A model generated the notes under the pieces. That model saw nothing but the letters and a program-made list of their open reading frames with translations. It had not been told where the DNA came from and made no database searches. 64,000 nucleotides of DNA from an uncultured Candidatus Saccharibacteria bacterium (lineage in GTDB: Bacteria; Patescibacteriota; Saccharimonadia; Saccharimonadales; JAUPVS01), in contig CAYPFM010000003.1 of the NCBI GenBank assembly GCA_964410185.1, positions 150,119-214,118 on the forward strand. The letters are read 5' to 3'. The position numbers and the translations under genes were made by a program. Position 1 is the stretch's first letter; each line of letters begins with the position of its first letter. This document shows positions 43,363-52,511 of the stretch, one piece after another.

Positions 43363-44332
43363 CCTTCCTTAATAACTTTTGCTTAGTACTAACCCATACT
43401 GCAAAACAAACCGATAGGCTCGTTCCAATAAATAGCCAGAGTGCGTTTGGCCATAGCCCTATGGTGACAAATCCGACCGATTTCTGGTTGTAGGTGTCAT
43501 TTACCCCAAGGTAGCCGAAGACTGGTCTTTCGTACTGCTTGGTGATAGACGTAACCTCAACGTAGTTACGAGTTGTTTCGTAGCCAGTAAAGTGAGCGAT
43601 CACTGCCTGCTCATGAGCTTTATCTACCTGTAAACTCTTGAATAGCCCACCCGGGACCTGGTTATCTGGATCCATGGTGTCACCAATCTGGGGCATAATA
43701 AGGACAATTACCAGCCATATAACTAGGGCAATGACGAGCGCCGTACTGAGCTTTCTTGAGATTGATGCAATTCCCATTGCCAGGCAACTCCAAAAAAGCA
43801 GGTATACCCAGGACAAACATGTGACAAGTAGCAGTCGTAGAAAATCGACACCATGCAGTGGAGCGTTGCCAATAATAATTAGTGAGCCTACTATAACGAT
43901 AAAGATACCGGCTACTGCCACTAACCACATAATAGCAAGCGCTAATACTTTCCCAGTTGCCATTGAATATTTACCGAGCGGACGACTGAACAACAACTGC
44001 AGTGTACCTCGCTGTTTTTCCTTGGCAATCATGCCGTAGCCAATAATGATGGCGAATAGTGCGCCAATAAGCTCTAGATACTCAATACTGCCCCGAAGAA
44101 GTTGCAAGGCAAACAGTTGGGGCTGTGGTAACACGGCATCTCCAGCGGCTTTGAGCGTCGCAATGTACAAGTTATAGTCGGCTATCTTAGATCGGAAGTC
44201 TGCAGCCGAGACAGCTACCGATAAGACCATGATAACCGCAAGGAACAAGAATAGAACGACAAACAATCGGGTACGCCTAAAGTCGTTCAGCTCCTTCTTG
44301 CATATTACTACTATGCTACTCATACAACTCAT
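43355..44332 (-). CDS. ABC-2-type transporter permease
   Basis: Start moved to MSCMSS; polytopic; follows the ATPase and first permease. Confidence 0.55.
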   Translation of the reverse strand: MSCMSSIVVICKKELNDFRRTRLFVVLFLFLAVIMVLSVAVSAADFRSKIADYNLYIATLKAAGDAVLPQPQLFALQLLRGSIEYLELIGALFAIIIGYGMIAKEKQRGTLQLLFSRPLGKYSMATGKVLALAIMWLVAVAGIFIVIVGSLIIIGNAPLHGVDFLRLLLVTCLSWVYLLFWSCLAMGIASISRKLSTALVIALVIWLVIVLIMPQIGDTMDPDNQVPGGLFKSLQVDKAHEQAVIAHFTGYETTRNYVEVTSITKQYERPVFGYLGVNDTYNQKSVGFVTIGLWPNALWLFIGTSLSVCFAVWVSTKQKLLRKDV

Positions 44333-45218
44333 TTCTGATTCGTGATCGTTTGGTCGCGAGAAGTGCGGTAACGCTAACGACAGCAAAACTAGCAACAACT
44401 ACTTGGCTCTTGGCGGAGTTTCCACTGGCCTGATCATCTTTTAGTATGGCTCCGCTGACCTGTTTGAAGTGCTCTGTGAGTGATAATGGCCCGAAAAGTG
44501 TTCGGTTGATATCAAAGAAGAAACCCTTTGAAACAATTTGTGCTGGCACTGGATTGAGCAGCGATACGGGATGTTCGGCTGTTCCGAGTTGGGGCAGAAC
44601 GAACGTCAACAAACTCCAGATAACAATCGGAATAAGTAGCGCACTGGTTTCGCGCCGCGCATATAAGCCACTGATGAGCCCTAAACAGATGAACGGTATT
44701 AAGAAAAGCCAGGCAACACCGTAGAACGCTACGAGCCGAATACTGTCGGAGGCCGACAGTATGTGACCAATAACTAAACTAATGCTGAGCCAGTTTATGA
44801 CTGCTGATGCTACCAGAACACCAATGAGCCATATACCGAGACCAGCTAGCTTTGCAGCTAAGTACAACGACGTACTAACGGGACGACTTAGCAAGAGATC
44901 AGTTACACGAGCCTTACGGTCACGGAGCGTGGATTGCACGCCCAGTACAATTGCCAACAATGCCCCAATCAGCACAATATATATAACAGTATTGCGAGCA
45001 TAATAGAGTGGTGATACGCCAGCAAATGGATTAGGGGCACTTGTAATACCTTGTTTCAGGGCTTCGTTGTATACGTTGGTTACTGTGTGATTAGTTGCCC
45101 AACCAATAAAGCAAGACACACCTACCATCGCCAAGAACACCACCAGCAAGATTTGGGGCAGTCGTTCACGCTTGGCACACAACAGCTCTTGTCTTACTGT
45201 CGCCATAAACTGTTTCAT
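44316..45218 (-). CDS. ABC-2-type transporter permease
   Basis: 300 aa polytopic protein; 1-nt TAATG overlap with the ATPase gene. Confidence 0.55.
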   Translation of the reverse strand: MKQFMATVRQELLCAKRERLPQILLVVFLAMVGVSCFIGWATNHTVTNVYNEALKQGITSAPNPFAGVSPLYYARNTVIYIVLIGALLAIVLGVQSTLRDRKARVTDLLLSRPVSTSLYLAAKLAGLGIWLIGVLVASAVINWLSISLVIGHILSASDSIRLVAFYGVAWLFLIPFICLGLISGLYARRETSALLIPIVIWSLLTFVLPQLGTAEHPVSLLNPVPAQIVSKGFFFDINRTLFGPLSLTEHFKQVSGAILKDDQASGNSAKSQVVVASFAVVSVTALLATKRSRIRNELYE

Positions 45219-45952
45219 TAGGCTGTCTTTGCTTCAATTTGCAGGTATATGTCTTCGAGAGACGCTTGATCTGGGAATGACTTGAGTGTATGAGCCAAGG
45301 AATCTTGGTATATCAGTTCACCATTTCTGAGAACGCCTATACTGGTGCAAGTTTTAGTCACTTCAGACAGTAAGTGTGTATTCATGAATATTGTCATTCC
45401 TAGTTCATGATTAAGCTTTACGATGATATCGCGCAGATTCTTAACACCCTGTGGATCTAGTCCGGAGGTTGGTTCATCCAGAAATAACACTTTTGGTTCA
45501 TGGAGAATGGCTTGAGCAATGCCAACGCGTTGTCGCATGCCCTTACTAAACGTGGCTAAGCGCTCACCTTCATGGCCAGTAAAGTCCAAAAACTTGAGTA
45601 CTTTATGAATACGCTTATCTGGCCTCGCAATTCCAGACAAACGGGCAAAAAACTGTAAATTTTCAAGCAGCGTAAGGTTATCGTAGAACTGAACGTTTTC
45701 GGGCAGATAGCCAATGGCTTGGCGCACTTCATTAGCATTCTCCGTAATGTCATAACCTGCTACTCGGGCGCTGCCACTGGTAGGTTCCAGTAAGGTCGTG
45801 AGAATCGTGACGATTGTTGTCTTACCGGCACCGTTGTGCCCAAGCAAACCAAATATCTCACCGCTCCTAACAATCATGTCCAACTGCTTCACGGCTCGTT
45901 TTGCGCCATAGGCTTTTGTAATACTTTTGGTTTGGATGGCTATATCTGTCAT
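45218..45952 (-). CDS. ABC transporter ATP-binding protein
   Basis: Walker A GHNGAGKTT, signature FSKGMRQR, Walker B LFLDEPTSGLD. Confidence 0.9.
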   Translation of the reverse strand: MTDIAIQTKSITKAYGAKRAVKQLDMIVRSGEIFGLLGHNGAGKTTIVTILTTLLEPTSGSARVAGYDITENANEVRQAIGYLPENVQFYDNLTLLENLQFFARLSGIARPDKRIHKVLKFLDFTGHEGERLATFSKGMRQRVGIAQAILHEPKVLFLDEPTSGLDPQGVKNLRDIIVKLNHELGMTIFMNTHLLSEVTKTCTSIGVLRNGELIYQDSLAHTLKSFPDQASLEDIYLQIEAKTA

Positions 45953-45998
45953 TACTTAAGAGTGTAGCGATTGTTTATGGGAATATCATGGGAGGCGT

Positions 45999-46634
45999 TT
46001 ACGACTTTCGCTCACGGTATGTGCCATATAGGTGCAGGGCAAGTACGATCGTAATGATACCGCCAATGATTACTACCGTAAGGACCGTTGAATGCCGTAA
46101 CAACTGTTGTAAGTTTGCGCCATAGTGTTTACCAATCAATAAGTAGAACCATATCCACGCCAACATAGAGACTAACGTACTCAAGACAAACGTCCGATAA
46201 CGGACACCAGAAACTGCTGCGAACACGGTTATCGGTATGCGCATACCGGGGATGTGGCGACCAATAATTATTGTCCATATGCCGTACTTGTTAAATAACC
46301 GTTCGGCTCTTTGTATGTGCCGTTCTTTCAAGAATATAAACTTTCCGAGTCTGGCAATGAATTGTTGGCCGTAACGCCGGGAAATAAAAAACAGAATACT
46401 TGAACCGGCAACGACTGCGAGTACGGCCGCAGCAAATGCTATCCATATTGAGGAGTGTTGGCTGACCTGAACACTGTAGCCAGTGTAGGCCAGTATACCG
46501 TCTCCCGGGACTAGGATAGGTACCCCAGCCTCCTCAACAAACAGCAATAACAGTGGCGCCAGAACGCTTTGGTGTTGAATGAAGTTTTCTATCAGTTCCG
46601 TATAGCTATCGAGCAACCGTACAAGTGCCTCCAA
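45999..46634 (-). CDS. DedA-family membrane protein
   Basis: LLLLFVEEAGVPILVPGD and the downstream TM pattern. Confidence 0.75.
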   Translation of the reverse strand: MEALVRLLDSYTELIENFIQHQSVLAPLLLLFVEEAGVPILVPGDGILAYTGYSVQVSQHSSIWIAFAAAVLAVVAGSSILFFISRRYGQQFIARLGKFIFLKERHIQRAERLFNKYGIWTIIIGRHIPGMRIPITVFAAVSGVRYRTFVLSTLVSMLAWIWFYLLIGKHYGANLQQLLRHSTVLTVVIIGGIITIVLALHLYGTYRERKS

Positions 46635-46637
46635 CTA

Positions 46638-47648
46638 TTATCCTTTCGGAAGAGTTACGGTAACAGTCGTACCCTTATGGGGTTCAGACTTTAGGCCAAT
46701 TGCCCCGTGATGCTGGTCTGTAATAGCCTTGCTGATGGCGAGGCCTAGGCCGAAACCTTTTGTTGTTCGAGATGTTTCTGCTCGATAAAAACGTCCGAAT
46801 ACTTTGCCGGTCTGGGCTTTCGTCATACCCATGCCGCTATCTTCGACAGATATCATAATATTCTTGCCAGCCAGTTTAGCTGACACACTGACATGACCAT
46901 GTTCCGGCGTAAACTTAATAGCATTATCGACGAGATTCGTGAAGAGCTGATCAATAGTTGCTGGGAAGCCCTTAGTAGTAAGCCGCTGATTTGGTGGGTC
47001 GAACGTAAGCAAGATGTGCTTAGCTTCTGCTGGTCTAGAAAAACGACTGACAACTTCTGTTAGTACATCAACAATATCAACAGAGTGGTTCATAGAAATT
47101 GAACGCTCTTGATCGCCACGGGCTACCAACAGTAATCCTTCAGTAAGTTGATGTAGCCTATCGAGCTCTTCACGCGTGCTTTTAATGGTTGACTGATACT
47201 CTCTCGGGGTTCGTGACTGCTTGAGGGCAACATCGAGCTCGCCCTGCATGATGGTGAGTGGTGTCCTGAGTTCGTGAGAGGCATCGGAAACAAACTGTTT
47301 CTGTTTATCATATGTCTCTTCGATCGGCCGGAGAGTTCGTCCGGTGAGGATCCATGCCAGACCTGGTACCACGAGGAGCATAGTGCCGTTTAGTATGATG
47401 AGTACTCTTTTCAACTGTCCGAGAGCGACATCCCCGGCCACTGTTACGGTTTCAACCGTTTTATCATCAAACGCAACATCGCCAGTTTGCTCAACTTGCT
47501 GATTCTTGACCTTGCTTATGTAGCCCTCGCCAAACGACCGATCCATCCATACGTATAGCCCAGCGCTAAACAGCCAAAACACACTAAAGAATATCAGACA
47601 GTACACAAATGTGAGCTTTAACCGCGCGGACTTAAACATGCTTCTCAA
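46638..47648 (-). CDS. sensor histidine kinase
   Basis: H-box SHELRTPLT, N-box LVDNAIKFT, G-boxes DSGMGM and GFGLGLAI. Confidence 0.85.
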   Translation of the reverse strand: MRSMFKSARLKLTFVYCLIFFSVFWLFSAGLYVWMDRSFGEGYISKVKNQQVEQTGDVAFDDKTVETVTVAGDVALGQLKRVLIILNGTMLLVVPGLAWILTGRTLRPIEETYDKQKQFVSDASHELRTPLTIMQGELDVALKQSRTPREYQSTIKSTREELDRLHQLTEGLLLVARGDQERSISMNHSVDIVDVLTEVVSRFSRPAEAKHILLTFDPPNQRLTTKGFPATIDQLFTNLVDNAIKFTPEHGHVSVSAKLAGKNIMISVEDSGMGMTKAQTGKVFGRFYRAETSRTTKGFGLGLAISKAITDQHHGAIGLKSEPHKGTTVTVTLPKG

Positions 47649-48315
47649 CCTTCATAACATAACCAAAGCCCCGAACTGTATGTATAAGCGGCACGCTACC
47701 GGCTGATATTTGCAGTTTCTTACGAAGGTACTTGATGTACGTCTCAACAATATTCGATAAACCGTCATAGTTATAGTCCCACACATGTTCCAGAATCTGG
47801 GGTTTGGAGAGTGACATGCCTTGGTTACGTAGTAAGTACTCGAGCAACGCGTACTCACGTGCCGTACAAGTAATATCAGTGTCGCCGCGTTTTACTTCTC
47901 TCGTAGCAGGATTAAGCGTCAGGTTGTCGATAGCAAGGATACTCGGATCGGCATTACCGCCGCGCCTGAGTAAAGCACGAATGCGGGCTGTTAGCTCACC
48001 AAATGCAAAGGGCTTAGTGAGGTAGTCATCGGCTCCACTATCGAGACCAGCAATCTTATCCTCAAGCTCACCCTTAGCAGTTAACATGATAATTGGTACG
48101 TTTGTGTCTTGTGCACGAATAGCCCGGCAAACTTCCAGACCATCTTGCTTAGGAAGCAGACGATCGAGGATAATTAGATCGTACGAATTAATCTCAAACT
48201 TATAGACGGCTGCCTCGCCGTCTGTGGCAATGTCTACCGCGTAGTGTTCTTCAAGAAGGCCACGTCGCAACACATTGGCAATTTTAGGCTCATCTTCAAC
48301 AACCAAAATCTGCAT
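47632..48315 (-). CDS. OmpR-family response regulator
   Basis: Receiver domain (DLIILDRLLP, MLTAK) plus a winged-helix C-terminus. Confidence 0.9.
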   Translation of the reverse strand: MQILVVEDEPKIANVLRRGLLEEHYAVDIATDGEAAVYKFEINSYDLIILDRLLPKQDGLEVCRAIRAQDTNVPIIMLTAKGELEDKIAGLDSGADDYLTKPFAFGELTARIRALLRRGGNADPSILAIDNLTLNPATREVKRGDTDITCTAREYALLEYLLRNQGMSLSKPQILEHVWDYNYDGLSNIVETYIKYLRKKLQISAGSVPLIHTVRGFGYVMKVEKHV

Positions 48316-48355
48316 GCTCTAATCATACCGCGCAATTATGAGAAAAGGATGGGAA

Positions 48356-48841
48356 TCAGCTTGGCTCGGGGTCGTGCTTGGCCAATCGCTCTAAAACCAC
48401 GTACACGATCAGTGTCGATACTACGGCAATGACGATTGCTCCAATAATGTCGATAAGGTGATGTACGCCAACATACACCCGCGAAAGTCCAACCAATAGT
48501 GTCAGGCCGAAGAGAACCGAACCGACCACACGATTATAACGCCAGACAATTGCTGAAACTACGGCACTCAAAAGGGTATGATCAGACGGAAAGCCATTAT
48601 CAAAACCATGAGCTACTAAGGGCGTGAAATGACCAACCACAAAGGGTCGAGGGTTCATATAAAGTTTGGCAGCTATGAGCGACAGCAAAAATGTTAAAAG
48701 GACGCTCGGAACAGCAAAGATGAAAACTTCTTTGCGCTTTGCCCTGGGTACTTGCAGCAGAAACCAGATTGCAGCAAGAGTCAGAAGAAAGAAGATGACA
48801 TATTTGGCACCAAATATCGCAAGCTTTTGTGTTAGGGTCAT
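48356..48841 (-). CDS. PAP2-family phosphatase (BcrC/undecaprenyl-diphosphatase-like)
   Basis: PSDHT and SRVYVGVHHLIDI motifs. Confidence 0.7.
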   Translation of the reverse strand: MTLTQKLAIFGAKYVIFFLLTLAAIWFLLQVPRAKRKEVFIFAVPSVLLTFLLSLIAAKLYMNPRPFVVGHFTPLVAHGFDNGFPSDHTLLSAVVSAIVWRYNRVVGSVLFGLTLLVGLSRVYVGVHHLIDIIGAIVIAVVSTLIVYVVLERLAKHDPEPS

Positions 48842-48941
48842 GAAACGTTAGTATACATGGGGATTATGAGAAACTCATGAGAAGTCTTTGGGTGTGTATA
48901 GTTTGTTGGGCTATCTAATTGGCTATGCCAACTAGAGCTGG

Positions 48942-49442
48942 CTACAGCTCAATAGTCACGATCTCACCGAACCCAGGTAGTTTCTGGCCAGTAAGTTCGT
49001 AGTATGGAGTGCCTGCTTCATGGCATGCACCAATAATGGTCAGAGCATGGGAGACGCAAGCGCGGTTAGCCGGTGGATTGTCAAGTAGCGCTGCTCCTGC
49101 TCGTCGAGACTCAATCGGTACTTTGCCGCGAACAACCTCGCGCATAATGGCGGTCTTGCCTCGTTGCACACTGACTTCATTCAGCAAAGCATTGACGACC
49201 ATATCCTCTGCTTGCCATCCAGCACCCAGTGCGGTCTGATGGGAACGAAGTAACTTAGAAACCTCGACTCTCTCCGAGATAGGGTTAATACCAACCTCAC
49301 GGTAGCGTTGACCCAGCAACACAGCCTGATTCCAGCCTTTTTCAGTTAGTGGCGATTCCCACTCGTCAATTGCAGCGTCATTATGCCCCTTGTTGACTTC
49401 GGCTTGACCATGGCGTGCAAGGTATAGTTTCACAAAGGTCAT
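48942..49442 (-). CDS. histidine phosphatase family protein
   Basis: LYLARHGQ catalytic RHG motif at the N-terminus. Confidence 0.6.
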   Translation of the reverse strand: MTFVKLYLARHGQAEVNKGHNDAAIDEWESPLTEKGWNQAVLLGQRYREVGINPISERVEVSKLLRSHQTALGAGWQAEDMVVNALLNEVSVQRGKTAIMREVVRGKVPIESRRAGAALLDNPPANRACVSHALTIIGACHEAGTPYYELTGQKLPGFGEIVTIEL

Positions 49443-49501
49443 TATTGGTAACTATCCTGACAATTGCAAGGATCAGCGTATTGAAAAACCGAGGGTAACC
49501 T

Positions 49502-49549
49502 AAATAAAAAGAAGGGCTTTCGCCCTCTCGCAAGGAACACAAGCCCTTC
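49502..49549 (-). terminator. rho-independent terminator
   Basis: Minus strand GAAGGGCUU-21 nt-AAGCCCUUC followed by UUUUUAUUU. Confidence 0.55.
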
Positions 49550-49644
49550 TCAATTACATAATAGCAAATAAACATTAGCTGCAAACTTACTTTTCCTCAA
49601 GAAAAGCAAGGAGCCTCTAAAGCTTGCGCTTTAGCGCCTACAAA

Positions 49645-50430
49645 CTAACTCAGGGCTATAAGTTTTTCAGGCTCTAGTACATCTGTCCATATAGCAGGAT
49701 TAGCTCCTTGTGATGCCTTAATACTCGTCGTAACTATCGTTACTTCATCCTCCATACCCGAACTGTCTAGTACTTGCTTGGCATAGCCTTGAAAGTTCTG
49801 TTCAGCCCTACCGTCAGCTAATACAAAGCAAACAGTCGGGTACTTCTCTTCCTGCCAGTCCTCATCGTAGTTTTGTAAAAGACTCTCTAATCGTTTCCGG
49901 GCAAGAAACGGGGCTACATCATGGGATAGTTCAATAAAGTACTGGATTGAGCTTTGAGCCGCTTCTGTAGGCTTAAGCCATAGGTCGGAACGTGGGCTTG
50001 GGAAGGAGTCGAAGCGAGCCTGTTCGTTACGAGTGTGGACGTAGAACTGGTCAGGATAGTTTTGCTTAAGATGCAGGAAGGCCTGCTCTGTGTCTATATG
50101 GTGGTCAATGAAGTGTTCGGTGACTGATTTGTTCTTGTACATGGCATGCAGAACGGCTTCATTCAAGCTGAAGTTATCTTTGAGGTACTTAATACCTTTG
50201 GCCGTCAGGTAGTAACGGGCAGCTTTGCCGAGTAGTTTGTAGTTCTTACTATAATGCCGATCTACTAATTCTCGTTTTACTAGTATTGCCATTGTTTGAT
50301 TGCATGCTGAACGACTAATACCTTTATATTGAGCGAGAAAGGAAGCAGTAATGAACCGGAATTTATAGAGCAATCTGAGCACATAGATTTGTTGCGCATT
50401 GAGAACGTATTCTTTACGTTGATTAACCAT
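49645..50430 (-). CDS. replication-relaxation family protein
   Basis: The N-terminal LNAQQIYVLRLLYKFRFITASFLAQY winged-helix pattern resembles plasmid replication-relaxation proteins. Confidence 0.45.
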   Translation of the reverse strand: MVNQRKEYVLNAQQIYVLRLLYKFRFITASFLAQYKGISRSACNQTMAILVKRELVDRHYSKNYKLLGKAARYYLTAKGIKYLKDNFSLNEAVLHAMYKNKSVTEHFIDHHIDTEQAFLHLKQNYPDQFYVHTRNEQARFDSFPSPRSDLWLKPTEAAQSSIQYFIELSHDVAPFLARKRLESLLQNYDEDWQEEKYPTVCFVLADGRAEQNFQGYAKQVLDSSGMEDEVTIVTTSIKASQGANPAIWTDVLEPEKLIALS

Positions 50431-50647
50431 AGACTATTCTTGAACCACCGCTACTCTTATCTTTTTGTCTCTCTATAGTATATAGAAATAGAAGGAGAGT
50501 AAATAGAGTTCTTTTAAACTGTTAATTAAGTTAATACGACTTGCAACCGATGACAAGCATTATTGTGGATAACTCTATGTAGAAAAGACTTGTAACTAAC
50601 CAGATAAGGATAGTACAATATAACCATATAAGGTTAGGAAAACAACT

Positions 50648-50818
50648 ATGGCCGAGGGTAAAAATCAGACAGCTACTTCCAAAGCAATTGAGTCGCTTCA
50701 ATGTATCCTCAAGCAACAACTCTCGCGGGATGTGGCTTACGATGAAGCCCAGGAAGTGGGTGAATCTCTAATCAACTTCTACGAATTACTTGCCTTAGAG
50801 GATGAGTGCGATGAGTAA
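50648..50818 (+). CDS. small acidic ORF overlapping the recombinase start
   Basis: 56 aa (below the track cutoff): MAEGKNQTATSKAIESLQ...LALEDECDE. AGGAAA RBS; TACAAT -10 upstream. Confidence 0.3.
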   Translation: MAEGKNQTATSKAIESLQCILKQQLSRDVAYDEAQEVGESLINFYELLALEDECDE

Positions 50819-52298
50819 ACAAAACGCTGTCATCATGGCGCGTGTCTCCAGCAAGCGCCAAGGAGATGAAGGTTATTCGCTTCCCGCTCAGAAACGGTTA
50901 CTTAAGAGCTATGCCGTTGGGCAGGGCTTATTTCCGCTACAAACTTATGAGATTGCCGAGTCAGCCTCAAAAGCTGTACAGCGCAAAATCTTTAAGGAGG
51001 CCATGAAGTTCATTGAGCAAAACAACATTAAACACCTTATTGTCGAAAAAGTTGATCGCCACGTTAGGAATCTACAAGATGCAGTTGATACGCATGACTG
51101 GCTGCTGGCCGATGAAGAAAAACGAGTTCACTTTGTAAAAGACTCGCTTATTATGCATAAGAATTCACGCTCCCAAGAGTGGTTGAATTGGGGCATCCGT
51201 GTCGTTATGGCCAAGAACTACATTGATAATCTTCGTGAAGAAGCTATGAAAGGCTGGGCTGAAAAACTTGCCCAAGGCTGGCTACCCGCGCCACCGCCCC
51301 TTGGCTACATGAATGCTGTGCAAAATGGTAAAAAGATCCACGTACCCGATCCTGAGACAAAAAAACTTGTAGTAGATGTTTTCAAGAAATACATAGAGCC
51401 GGATGAAAATTTAGACACCACGACTGCATATATGGCTAAACTCGGTTTGCGTACTCGTACCGGGCACCCATATGTTAGAGGTAGAGTGCAGAAACTGCTC
51501 ACGAACACCTATTACATCGGCATCAACCATTTCGATGGCAAAGATTACCCCGGATCTCAAGAGTTGTTCTTACCGAAACAGTTATTTGAGCAAGTACAGT
51601 TAAAGCTTCACAGGCGAAGGCCGCATCGTTATAGCAAACACAATTCGCCACTCAAAGGTCTTATCCGTTGTGAGGACTGTGGGTCAATTGTGACGTGGCA
51701 ACAGCAGAAGGGTAAATACTACGGAGTCTGTCGGCGACTAACGGAGGCTTGTAAACAAAACAAAATGCTTCGAGAAGATAAGATCGAAGAGATCATTATA
51801 GCTGAGCTTAAGAGATTGGTCTGTCCGTCACCCGAGATCATTGACTGGGTTGTTGATGAAATGCAGAATCGGCAGCACGAACGGGTTGAGGAGTATGAGC
51901 AACAGCTCGAGACACTCCAAGCCCAGTTGAAGCGGCTAAGAAGGATGGAGGAAACCCTATACGACGACAAACTATCAGGAGAGATAACTAAAGAAAGGTA
52001 TGAGGTAAAGCATGCAGAAATTCTAAAGAATCAGGAAGATGCTGAGGATCAGATCAACAAGCTAGATAGCACGCTTGGCGAGCGCCTAGAGCTTCGCTTG
52101 GCAATTCTTGAACTGTCTCAAAAAGCAGCCAGCATCTACACGAACAAGTCACCAGAACAGAAACGCCTGCTCATTTCCAAACTATTCGCCAAGCTAAGTT
52201 TGCAGGGAGGTTCTCTATCTGTTAAATACTCAAAATTCGTAGAATTGATCGCAGAAAAAGTTCAAAAAACAACTAATTTAGCGGAGGGACAAATATGA
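50802..52298 (+). CDS. large serine recombinase
   Basis: Resolvase domain with AVIMARVSSKRQ (catalytic Ser), recombinase domain, zinc ribbon CEDCGS...YYGVC, C-terminal coiled coil. Confidence 0.85.
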   Translation: MSAMSKQNAVIMARVSSKRQGDEGYSLPAQKRLLKSYAVGQGLFPLQTYEIAESASKAVQRKIFKEAMKFIEQNNIKHLIVEKVDRHVRNLQDAVDTHDWLLADEEKRVHFVKDSLIMHKNSRSQEWLNWGIRVVMAKNYIDNLREEAMKGWAEKLAQGWLPAPPPLGYMNAVQNGKKIHVPDPETKKLVVDVFKKYIEPDENLDTTTAYMAKLGLRTRTGHPYVRGRVQKLLTNTYYIGINHFDGKDYPGSQELFLPKQLFEQVQLKLHRRRPHRYSKHNSPLKGLIRCEDCGSIVTWQQQKGKYYGVCRRLTEACKQNKMLREDKIEEIIIAELKRLVCPSPEIIDWVVDEMQNRQHERVEEYEQQLETLQAQLKRLRRMEETLYDDKLSGEITKERYEVKHAEILKNQEDAEDQINKLDSTLGERLELRLAILELSQKAASIYTNKSPEQKRLLISKLFAKLSLQGGSLSVKYSKFVELIAEKVQKTTNLAEGQI

Positions 52299-52341
52299 CA
52301 TTCCAAACTTTTAAAAAAGACGATGATAACAGAGACGAAAA

Positions 52342-52357
52342 TAGCCCCGAAGGGCTA
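52342..52357 (-). terminator. terminator hairpin downstream of tRNA-Gln
   Basis: Minus strand UAGCCC-UUCG-GGGCUA followed by UUUUCG. Confidence 0.45.
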
Positions 52358-52378
52358 AAATACAAAGTTTGTCTCTTA

Positions 52379-52452
52379 TGGCTGGGGATGAGGGATTCGA
52401 ACCCCCGATCGCGGAACCAGAATCCGCTGCCTTACCACTTGGCCAATCCCCA
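52379..52452 (-). tRNA. tRNA-Gln (anticodon CUG), CCA encoded
   Basis: Manual fold of 74 nt: acceptor UGGGGAU/AUCCCCA, anticodon stem GCGGA/UCCGC with loop UUCUGGU, T-arm GGGGG-UUCGAAU-CCCUC, discriminator G plus CCA. Confidence 0.9.
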
Positions 52453-52511
52453 TTATTGCCGGTTTAACAGGCTATATTGTACCTGATTTTGATAATTTTT
52501 CCAGGGGTACT

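Larger units (their letters stand above)
19873..52312. mobile_element. hypothetical integrative (conjugative) element bounded by the 13-bp direct repeat ATTCCAAACTTTT
   Basis: Identical 13-mers at 19873-19885 and 52300-52312. The right copy lies 2 nt after the serine recombinase stop and 66 nt from tRNA-Gln. The interior holds the RT module, T4SS, orphan ORFs and recombinase. Confidence 0.3.

Noticed and set aside
49441-49475. Leaderless promoter for the histidine phosphatase gene (TTGCAA-N17-AATAAT overlapping ATG 49442)
   Set aside because: The -10 hexamer would include the first two bases of the annotated ATG. Transcription would then have to start downstream, at a GTG at 49433. This is possible but too speculative to list as a feature.
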